Assembly: GCA_951406725.2 (NCBI GenBank)
Contig: OX597814.1
Span: 123,938,001-124,002,000 of the forward strand
From: Octopus vulgaris
Taxonomy: Eukaryota
Reading direction: 5' to 3'
Length of the DNA stretch: 64,000 bases
In this document: positions 53,601-64,000 of the stretch, in pieces
Numbering within the stretch: the first letter of the stretch is position 1
Layout: each line of letters begins with the position of its first letter
Program-made: the position numbers and the translations under genes
Notes under the pieces: model-generated
Database searches by the model: none
Seen by the model: only the letters and a program-made list of their open reading frames with translations
What the model was told of the DNA's origin: nothing

Positions 53601-54696
53601 AAGTGCCTGTAAGGTGATGCTGATAATGATCACATTCGAATGGTGCTTTTTATATACCACTGGCATGAACGCCAGTTAGCCGCTCTGGCAACGATCACGC
53701 TTGGATGGTGCTCTTAGTGCTCCACTAGCACGGATGCCAGTCATCGAATTTGATTTCGATTCCGATTTCAGGTAGGTAAACTGAGGCAAGCAAGACATGT
53801 GGTACCTGTGGTGTCAATGTAATAAATAGCAAAAAAACCTTTTGCACAAGTCATTGAGAAATCCTCTGTTTAGTCACTAGACTTGATATAAATAGCAGTC
53901 AAATCTCTTTCATATCACACCTTTAAGATGGAAAAGACACATTAGTAGTCCTCTAAGCTGGTAAAATAGATTGAATGGTTGTTATTGGAAAATCATAGAT
54001 CATTGGTCTGTGTGATCAAAGTAAATATTCCAATATGTCTAGACCCAACGTTTGAACTCTAGAATAAGAAATCAATAGACCAACCTCTTGACTTCATCTC
54101 CACTATGTCTCACATATGACAATAAATATGCTGTCTTATCTTGCATTTTATGACGACCACACATATATGGTCAAGAAATTAAATAATTCTCTTCACAATT
54201 TAGAAGTTGTGGGTTTGATCTCACCACATGGACTCTTGGATAAGAATAATTAACCACAGCCATGGCTTGATCTAAGATTTTGTGGGTGACACACAGTGGA
54301 AATCTATTGAATAAATTGTACCTAAAATTGAAAGGCCTATTCTAGTATTTGTCATACAGTGTTATACTGATTCTGTCTTAGGATGGGTGTTAGCATGCCG
54401 GGCAAAATGCTTAGAGGTATTTCGACTGCTGCTATGTTTTGAGTTCAAATTCCGCCGAGGTCGACTTTGCCTTTCATCCTTTCAGGGTCGATTAAATAAG
54501 TACCAGTTATGCACTGGGTTCGATATAATCAACTTGATCCGTTTGTCTGTCCTTGTTTGTCCTCTCTGTGTTTAGCCCCTTGTGGGTAGTAAAGAAATAG
54601 ATACATTTTGGGGCAGAAGTTTTGGTACTTTTGCATCACTGATTCAATGCTTACTTATTTGAAATTAGACATTTTAATACTGTTCTATATTTTACC

Positions 54697-55016
54697 TGCC
54701 CATAGGCATATAGTATAGTTAAGAGTGTGGGCTATTAACCCCAAGATTCTGAGTTCAATTCCAGGCAATGCCTTGAAGAAATGATGGTGGTGGTGGTGGT
54801 GGTGGTGGTGGTGGCGGCGGCGGCGGTGGTGGTGGTGGTGGTGGTGGTGGTGGTAATGAAGATTACCTTAGGAATGAGAACCTTTCAACAGCTGGCCTGG
54901 TGGAATTTTGAACTCAGTTCAAAATTCCACCAGGCCACCTGATGAAGACCGAAACGTTATGGTAACAACAAACAAGATGAGGACACATATCTGTCCAATG
55001 TAAATAATGTAAATAA
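54697..55016 (+). mobile_element. Third copy of the tRNA-head/hammerhead element (variant body)
   Basis: GCCCATAGGCATA..GTTAAGAGTGTGGGCTATTAACCCCAAGATTCTGAGTTCAATTCC head, (GGT)n, TACCTTAGGAATGAGAACC, CCAC-CTGATGA-AGACC-GAAACGTT-ATGG, family tail. Confidence 0.75.
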
Positions 55017-55054
55017 GACAGTTTAATGTTTCCCCTGTTCTCTCCCTTCTAACT

Positions 55055-55091
<37 letters not shown>

Positions 55092-56214
55092 TTATGTGTG
55101 TGAGCATCTAATTATGTTTGCATGCCTGTGTAATCTCTATCTCTGTCTTTCTTTCCTTCTCTCTCACACTTTCTATCTGTGTATGTATATTTCTGCATGA
55201 ATGTGTGTGTGTGCATGTGTGTGTTAGCCTCTAATGCTAAAATGTACAGTTGCCAAAGCAGGTTGAATGTCCATTGAGCCATGCCAAATTATCAATGTCT
55301 AAACAGCCATTCTCAATCAACTCACTCTCTGAGGATAATGTTAAAGGTACATATGTCTATGGAATACTCAGTCATTTGCATGTTAATAACAATGAATAAG
55401 TAGTTCAGTTGATCAGAAAACTGAAGCACTCATCAAAATGAAGGATCCAATCACTGCATTTACTTGTGTATAAGTGGTACTCATGTATAAGCTGCACCCC
55501 TAATTTAGTGTAAGAGCTTGGTACAAAGCTTTTTCCCTTCATAATTTTAGCTTGGCCAGGTGTGTAAACTGCATTCCAGCCTTTTCAGTTAAAAATTAAG
55601 TATAAAATAGTGCAACTTATACATGAATCATCATCATCATCATCCTCATCATCATCGTTTAACGTCCGCTTTCCATGCTAGCATGGGTTGGACGATTTGA
55701 CTGAGGTCTGGCAAACCAGATGGCTGCACCAGACTCCAATCTGATCTGGCAGATTTTCTACAGCTGGATGCCCTTCCTAACACCAACCACTCCAAGAGTG
55801 TAGTGGGTGCTTTTACGTGCCACCGGCATGAGGGCCAGTCAGGCGGTACTGGCAACGGCCATACTCAAATGGTGCTTTATATGTGCCACCTGCACAGGAG
55901 CCAGTCCAGCGGCACTGGCAACGACCTCGCTCGAATGTATTTTCATGTGCCACCAGCACAAGTGCTAGTAAGGTGATGCAGGTAATGATCACGCTCGAAT
56001 GGTGTTTTTAACGTGCCATCGGCACAGAGGCCAGCTTGTTGCTCTGGCAACGATCTCACTCATATGGTACTCATAGCGCTCCACTAGCACGGATGCCAGT
56101 CATCGAATTTGATTTCGATTTCGATTCCGATTGACATGAATAAATATACTAATTTTGTTATCTTCTGTGTTTTTTATGGACGAAACTTAAAATATGATGG
56201 TTAATTTGTTGCAG

Positions 56215-56334
56215 GAAATCTTACACATTGGTGAAGAAAAATGGTATGACTTGAATATTTCTGGCAGACGCTTGACTAAAAGTCTGAAAACAATTGGGAA
56301 GATTTTCATGAAATTGAGTATTTCTGTTAAACAG
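56215..56334 (+). CDS. Exon of BAIAP3/Munc13-4-like protein, end of C2A (phase 0-0)
   Basis: Acceptor tttgttgcag|, donor CAG|gtaatt; 120 nt; EILHIGEEKWYDLNISGRRLTKSLKTIGKIFMKLSISVKQ resembles EVPVAGVDRWFKLEPRSS..VQGHCHLVLKL. Confidence 0.88.
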
Positions 56335-57981
56335 GTAATTCTATCATCTTTCATATTTTGGTTAGGCAATTTCAGGTATGGCAGGAGCTGGTGTGGCTAT
56401 GTGGTAAAAAATTTGCTTGCTAACTACATGTTTCTGAGTTCAGTCCCACTGTGTGGTACCTTGGACAGGTGTCTTCTACTATATTCTTTGGTTGACCAAA
56501 ACCTTATCAATGGATTTGGTGAACAGAAACTGAAAGAAGTCCATTGTGTGTGTGTCACTGTCTCCTTGACTTGACATCACATGATAGTTGTAAACGAGTG
56601 TCACCGTCATACAAGTGGTGTCCTTTGTTTCCAATCATTGGTGAAACCCTATCTGGACATGGAGACATATAATCTTGTTTGAAAACAGGTAAAGTTTGGT
56701 AACAGGAAGGGCATCCAGCTGTAGAAAATTCACTTCATTAAAATTCTATCAGACTCATCTAAGCATGGAAAAGTGAATGTTAAAAGGGTGGTGATAATGA
56801 TAATAATGAGGATGAATGCTAGCTAAGGATGGCAATATATGAAAAGAAAAACAATTAATTTAATGTGTGATCATTTAAACATATGTACCTTATTAAAATT
56901 CAAAATAACACGTCTGTGTGTGTGCATGATTTGTTACACCTAGTATTTTGTTAATGTGAAATATTTAATAAGCATGTCATGAAGCATATGAATGAATTAA
57001 TTAATTCTATATAAATATGTATATCTAATTTTATTCTGAAATTGATTTTGGAGTCCCAAGACATAGAGAGAATGTATGAGTCACACAGCTTTTAACCCGT
57101 TTGGGTGTCATTCAGCATTAGTACAGTCAGAACTGGACATGGTCTCCCCAGTAAGACTGTTTACATTTATAATTATATAAACCATTCAGTAAAGCACACA
57201 AATTCTGTATACAAACATATATATAGTAATGTTTTACACACTAGTACATGAAACACACATCATTCCACAAAATGTATATACTCGGTTATTTATAAACATA
57301 CATATACACAGGCGCACATAATTTTAAACTTGCCCACACATACGTACTTACGCACTCACCCTCATTCACACACACACACACACACCATTCTCACACACAC
57401 ACACATGTACTTGTAACACCCTTGTTCGGCTGGGTCACCATTATTATCTGCCTTTCACTCAGCCTCATTCTTCTAACCATTTCATCATGTTAAACTGTTA
57501 ATCCCAACACATTTTTTTTCTCTCTTTGTTTTTTTTTGTTCTCCTCCTGTTTTTTTCCTCAATCCTTTCTGTTGAAGAGCATAGGCTCAAAACGTCAAAG
57601 ACTTTTCTATTCTTCCCGAGCATCAAATTAATACAGTTGCTTGTTGTTCCTTCACCTGTCTTCGTCTTTTGTTTCTGAAAATTTGAACTATATATATATA
57701 TATATATATATATAAATATAAATGTAAATCCAGGGATTGAGGTGTAGGAAGAAAGTTATCTTTGGTAAATATAAAAAAGTAACTTTAGGGAACAACAGTG
57801 GCTTATTGAGATGGACAGTTTAATCTGATCAAGATATCCTTGACATGAAGAGTAGCCGGCAGTATACACCTCGCTTGGATTTTATTACTTCTGAGGTTTC
57901 ATTCGCTAAGAAATATATGTAGCCTGGATTTTTCCTACTCCATTCGATAATTCTTGTATGTATATATATATATATATATAT

Positions 57982-59052
57982 ATAATTAATCAATATAGGG
58001 TGGCAAAAAATTTTGTAGAATTTTTTTGCCACCAGCGGCCTAGCGGGAAAAAATTAAATAGTCATAGACCATTTATAAATTCAACATCACGATCAAGGAA
58101 CAGCCATAATAGGCCATTCACCCACTAGAAATAACAGCCAAAGCTTTCAACCGCAAAATAACATCAATTCCGTAAACAGGAGAAAATTAAAAAAACGTTT
58201 ACCCTGCAATTTCTTATACGATGCACCGTTTCGTCTACTGTTTAATGGTAAAACTAACCTGATTAAATTAAATCAAGCCAATCTTCCATAGGCCCTTAGA
58301 TTCATCAGTAAGAAATAGCCATATCGGAACAGATATTTTCACGAGGCATTTCTGTTGCTGCCTCGACAATATCTGACCTAAAATTTTCAAATCATCAGAC
58401 TCGCGCCAAAATTATCGGCAGCAAATAAATATAAGCCGCCGATTCCATTACGGAATTAACCAGAAAATTCATAATTAATCAATATAGGGTGGCAAAAAAT
58501 TTTGTAGAATTTTTTTGCCACCAGCGGCCTAGCGGGAAAAAATTAAATAGTCATAGACCATTTATAAATTCAACATCACGATCAAGGAACAGCCATAATA
58601 GGCCATTCACCCACTAGAAATAACAGCCAAAGCTTTCAACCGCAAAATAACATCAATTCCGTAAACAGGAGAAAATTAAAAAAACGTTTACCCTGCAATT
58701 TCTTATACGATGCACCGTTTCGTCTACTGTTTAATGGTAAAACTAACCTGATTAAATTAAATCAAGCCAATCTTCCATAGGCCCTTAGATTCATCAGTAA
58801 GAAATAGCCATAAAACATGGCTATTTCTTACTGATGAATCTAAGGGCCTATGGAAGATTGGCTTGATTTAATTTAATCAGGTTAGTTTTACCATTAAACA
58901 GTAGACGAAACGGTGCATCGTATAAGAAATTGCAGAGTAAACGTTTTTTTAATTTTCTCCTGTTTACGGAATTGATGTTATTTTGCGGTTGAAAGCTTTG
59001 GCTGTTATTTCTAGTGGGTGAATGGCCTATTATGGCTGTTCCTTGATCGTGA

Positions 59053-59054
<2 letters not shown>
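57982..59054. mobile_element. Young Penelope-like terminal-repeat array: 489-bp unit, partial tandem copy and inverted copy
   Basis: Unit 57982-58470, direct copy 58471-58811, inverted copy 58817-59054 (one mismatch seen); inserted in (TA)n; each part carries a hammerhead. Confidence 0.88.
58823..58930 (+). ncRNA. Type I hammerhead ribozyme (identical minus-strand copies at 58209-58316 and 58698-58805)
   Basis: Stem I ATTTCTTA/TAAGAAAT (8 bp), CTGATGA 58831-58837, stem II TCTA/TAGA with a long loop, GAAA 58907-58910, stem III ACG-GTGCAT-CGT, GUA cleavage triplet (after 58922). Confidence 0.8.
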
Positions 59055-59088
<34 letters not shown>

Positions 59089-60096
59089 CATCCGATCGTG
59101 GCCGTTTGCCAGCCTCATCTGGCACCTGTGTCGGTGGCACATAAAAACACCATCCGAGCGTGGCCGTCTGCCAGCCTCGTCTGGCACCTGTGTCGGTGGC
59201 ACATAAAAAACACCATCCGAGCGTGGCCGTTTGCCAACCTCGTCTGGCACCTGTGTCGGTGGCACATAAAATCACCCACTACACTCTCGGAGTGGTTGGC
59301 GTTAGGAAGGGCATCCAGCTGTAGAAACAGTGCCAGATCTGACTGGACTGGTGCAGCTTTCGGGCTCCCCAGACCCCAGTTGAACCGTCCAACCCATGCT
59401 AGCATGGAAAGCGGACGTTAAATGATGATGATGATGATATATATATATATATATATATATCTATCACCGTGATCACCGTGACTGACCAGGTTATCAGATG
59501 TTGCTACACATTGCTGGTCACAATGCGCTTCGCATTGTTTTAGCCTTCAAATGATGCCAATCCAGCTGGCTAAGCGAGCAGGCCAACAGAAGAAAGAGTG
59601 AGAGAAAGTTGTGGCGAAAGAGTACAGCAAGGATTGCCACCACCCTCTGCCGGAGCCTCGTGGAACTTTAGGTGTTTTCGCTCAGTAAACACTCACAACA
59701 CCCAGTCTGGGAATCGAAACCACAATCCTACGACTGTGAGTCCACTGCCCTAACCACTGGGCCATTGCACCTCCACACACACACACACACACATATATAA
59801 TTAATTAATCGTTTGAAGGATTTGTTAAAATCAAGGTATTTTAATATTAAGGACACCAAGTGAGAATCGAGATCTGCACATCCATGTATATGCCATATAC
59901 AAACGCATATGTATATACTCATGCATACATGGATACACCCATACACTTACACATACATGCACACACAAATATACACATACGTAGAGATATAGATGCACAT
60001 GAAATTATATACTGGTGGAGTTTCATGATTGAATGTAAGTTCCAGATCCAGCTTAGAGAAGGTTCCAGGTACAGTGTTTACATAAAAAAAGAACAC

Positions 60097-60309
60097 AAAT
60101 GGGTTGAAGATTCACTACAGCTGTTTCAAGCACATTTTTTTATTGATGAATAATGTGATTACATCCTGAAAAAAACTGTTTTCTTCAGGTGAATTAAAAT
60201 CTTAGATCTTTAATTCACTTGAAGAAAATGATATTTTTCATGATGTAATCAAATTATTCCTCAATAAAAAATGTGTTTGAAACAGTTGTAGTGAACCTTT
60301 AACCCATTT
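60097..60309. repeat. Fold-back Penelope-like relic, about 105-bp arms
   Basis: AAATGGGTT.AAG.TTCACTACA.CTGTTTCAA... pairs with ...TTGAAACAG.TGTAGTGAA.CTT.AACCCATTT. Confidence 0.85.
60110..60194 (-). ncRNA. Type I hammerhead motif (degenerate + copy at 60213-60295)
   Basis: Minus strand ATTCAC-CTGAAGA-AAACA...TGCTT-GAAA-CAGCTG-TA-GTGAAT; palindromic stem III ACAGCTGT, GUA site. Confidence 0.7.
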
Positions 60310-60332
60310 ATGATCTTATTTTATACATACAT

Positions 60333-60405
<73 letters not shown>

Positions 60406-62953
60406 TTAAAGTAGTGATGAAGCAAACAATTAGACAAGACATGACAAGGATATTTTATTTGATTTAATTCAATCTAATTTAGCTACATAATGAAGGGTAA
60501 AAATTCATTATGTAGATTGAATTAAATTTAATGTCCCTGAAATGCCTTGCCTAATTGCTTGCTTTTCCTCACTACCTTAACCTTCACCTACCGACTCAAA
60601 GAGAAGCCATCTTTAGCTGTTTTGAACAACATAATCACATAATCACAACTTCAACCGTTGTTCAAACTGGAATTTTGGTGGCACATCTATTTGAGGCATG
60701 GCTGTGTGGTAAGAAGCTTGCTCCCCAGTTGCATGGTTCCAGGTTTAGTCCCACTATGTGACACCTTGGACTTCTACTATAAGCCTCAGGCTGACCGAAG
60801 CCTTGTGAGTGGATTTGGTAGATGGAAAATAAAAGAAGCCCGTTGTATGTATATCATCATGTATGAATGTATGTATGTGCCGGTAGCATGCAAAAAACCA
60901 CCTGGCTCCTATGCCGGTGGCATGTAAAAAGCACCCACTACACTCTTAGAGTGGTTGGTGTTAGGAAGGATATCCAGCTGTAGAAACACTGCCAGATCAG
61001 ACTGGAGTCTGGTGCAGCCTCATGGCTTCCTAGACCCCGGTCGAACCGTCCAACCCATGCTAGCATGGAAAACGGACGTTAAATGATGGTGATGATGATG
61101 ATGATATATGTTTTTGTGTGTGTGTGTCTGTGTCCATCATCACTAGATAACAGATGCTGTGTATTTGCGTCCCCCATACCTTAGCAGTTTGGCAAAAGAT
61201 ACTGATAGAATAAGTACTAGGCTTACAAAGAATAAGTCATGGGGTCGATGTGTTCAACTAAAGGTGGTGCTCCTGCATGGCCACAGTCAAATGACTGAAA
61301 CAAATAAATGAATAAAAGAATATATATATATCATTGTTATTTATATCTATACATGTAAGTTTGTTTGTATGTATGTATGTATGCATACACATGCAACACA
61401 CTCACACATATACACACACACACGCAAACAAAAACTCACAAATACACACACTCACACACACACATGCACTCACATGCACCCACACACACATGCACTCACA
61501 AACACACACATACACATGCACACACAGACAAACACACTAACACACAAGCACACACTCACATGCACATACACGCCCACACATGCACTCACATATACACACA
61601 CGCAAACACACACACGGAATCACACACATACAAACACACACATGCACACTCACACACACTCACACACACTCACATGCACACACAAACACGCACAAACACA
61701 CAAGCACACACACATGCACACACACAAACACACACACACACACTCACATGCACTCACAAAAACACACATATGTACGCACACACACACACACTCACACGCA
61801 CGCTCACACACATGCACCCACCCACACATGTGCGTGTGAGCAGTGGAAGTAAACTAATGATTGAATAAACCCTGTCAACCCAGGCAAATGTCATGAGGGA
61901 TGGGAAGAGGGACAAAGATGGTGGTGATGAGATTTTAGGGTCTACCTTCATGACGCAAGATGATCATAAGAGATAATATGAAGGGATGGTCATGTAGGGT
62001 GGGTGTTTAAGTTTTACAATCATGTGAAAAGTGAGTGACAGATGATTAAAGATGGAGGTAGAGATGAGTGTTGGGAATATTGAACAAGGGTGGAGGCATG
62101 GGTGATGGCACATGGCCTAGTGGTTGGAGTATTGCACTCCCGGTCACGAGATTGTGGTTTCAATTCCCAGACCAGCTGCACATTGTGTTATTGAGGAAGA
62201 CACTTCATTTCACTTTGCTCCTGTCCATTCAGCTGTAGATGGATAACCTTGCAATGGATCGGCCTTACAAGGATGAGCTGGTGACTCAGGAAACCCACTT
62301 GGGTTACAGAAACCTCCTGAGTCATATTAATCTATTCAGTAACTGTACTGTGAATTCAAAATGGTTGGGATTGGTTGTTCAACCACGTCGAAGGACGATT
62401 ATGATGATGATGATGATGATTATGATGATGGTTATGATGGTTGATGGTAAATATGAGTTTTGTGGTGGTGGGGAAGGTGTGAAAAATATAGAAGTGGTTC
62501 TGGAAGGAAGGCAGAGGTGATAAGTGACAATACTGATTGAAAACAAAAGTACAAAGACTTGTACATACAAACGCACAAACGCATACGTGAAAGCACAGAA
62601 ACATACAAACACACGTAGACACTTACAAGCACACACCAACAAGAAAGCACATACATACATACACACATACATACATACACACATAGATACATACATACAT
62701 ACATACATACATACATACATGAAAATATGCACAAGCACACACAAATGCTCACAAACGCTCGCAAACACTCACTAATACACGAACAGACACAAACACAGAA
62801 AATATTAAACAGAGGAGGACCAATTTCATATTGAAGTAATCTAAATTGCAGTTATTTGACATAATAACTTAGAACTGCCGCTAACTCTGTTGATGCTAAA
62901 TCCCAAAACTGTTATCAAAAGTTAATATCTGTTTGTTCTGTTGTTTTTGTTAG

Positions 62954-63022
62954 GACACCGATAATATTGAGAATTATCTGAAAGCTACTCATCTCCTGTT
63001 TAATCGTGCAGTAAAGATGCAG
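62954..63022 (+). CDS. Exon of BAIAP3/Munc13-4-like protein, helix after C2A (phase 0-0)
   Basis: Strong acceptor ttctgttgtttttgttag|, donor CAG|gtaggt; 69 nt; DTDNIENYLKATHLLFNRAVKMQ, in phase with the previous exon. Confidence 0.7.
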
Positions 63023-63221
63023 GTAGGTAGGTCAACAGACATTTGTTCGTTTCCACTACTTTGATTTCAACTGATTTATACCACTCGCACCCCCACCCCC
63101 ATATCCATCTCTCTACCACTTTCTCTGTATACATACACTCACACACACACATGCACACGTACACTCTCACACACACACACACAAACGTATATCTATCTAT
63201 CTATCAATCTATATCTATATC

Positions 63222-63303
<82 letters not shown>

Positions 63304-63424
63304 CATACATACATACATATAAATGCATGCATACATATATATATATATATATGTTTATATACATACATATATATATATACATACATACATACATATATAT
63401 TTATATTATATATATGTATGTATG

Positions 63425-63458
<34 letters not shown>

Positions 63459-63639
63459 TATATATATATGTGCACACATATATTTATAAATATATTGGGA
63501 TGTTTGGATGTTTTTATGTATTTGTAGATTAGATTTAAGTCTGAAGAACATATATATATGCCATATGTGCAGTCTCTCTTCAAATATTGTCGCCATCAAA
63601 CAATCCAGATTTATTAACTTACAATGCAATAGTATTAAC

Positions 63640-63667
63640 AGTAATAATAATAACAATGATGATGATG

Positions 63668-63699
<32 letters not shown>

Positions 63700-63905
63700 G
63701 ATAATAGTAATAATAATAATAATAATAATAGTTACCATGACAATGATGACGATGACGATGATGGTGATGATGATGATAGTTAATAATGTTTTTGTATAAA
63801 GATTAATAATAATAAAAATGATGATGATGATGATGATGATGGTGATTGTGATGTGGTGTTGGTATTGGTGGTGGTGGAGGTGGTAGTAGTGGCAGTGGTG
63901 GTACT
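63640..63905. repeat. (GAT)n/(AAT)n/(GGT)n trinucleotide tract (similar tracts at 31170-31290, 35063-35310, 42920-43135, 47590-48130)
   Basis: Direct inspection. Confidence 0.95.
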
Positions 63906-64000
63906 GTTGGGGATGAAGAAACGTTTGTTTTAGACATGGCTGAGCATGTTTAGTTGTTATATAATCGCTTTGAGGGCCATAACTTTGTAGGAGTGATTAT

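Noticed and set aside
58375-58402. Extra minus-strand CTGATGA-ttt-GAAA-attt-TA micro-hammerhead inside the 489-bp unit
   Set aside because: No stem II, and stem I is mismatched; it cannot be supported without covariation data.
59086-59272. Three roughly 62-bp direct repeats resembling a CRISPR array
   Set aside because: Contiguous units without unique spacers, inside an RTE 3' fragment in eukaryotic DNA; no cas genes.

Overview
AT-rich, microsatellite- and transposon-saturated eukaryotic DNA; the SINE/RTE families and simple-repeat load point to an octopod cephalopod (inference). Almost all ORFs in the track are microsatellite or repeat artefacts. The real coding content is five small + strand exons (13076-13268, 35587-35703, 39507-39582, 56215-56334, 62954-63022). 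They splice in frame into the C2A region of a BAIAP3/Munc13-4-like protein, with a probable GC-AG intron and loss of the loop-3 Ca2+-binding aspartates. The introns hold three tRNA-derived SINE families, RTE/CR1/Tx1 LINE remnants, and mariner, hAT, piggyBac-like and Helitron relics. The unexpected signal is a dense population of type-I hammerhead ribozyme motifs: more than a dozen copies from about eight distinct families, in tandem or inverted Penelope-like arrangements. These include a G3:C8 covariant core (1632-1682), an intact triplicated copy (57982-59054), and a tRNA-promoter-headed, hammerhead-bearing short retroelement inserted head-to-head with a 12-bp TSD (37521-38107).
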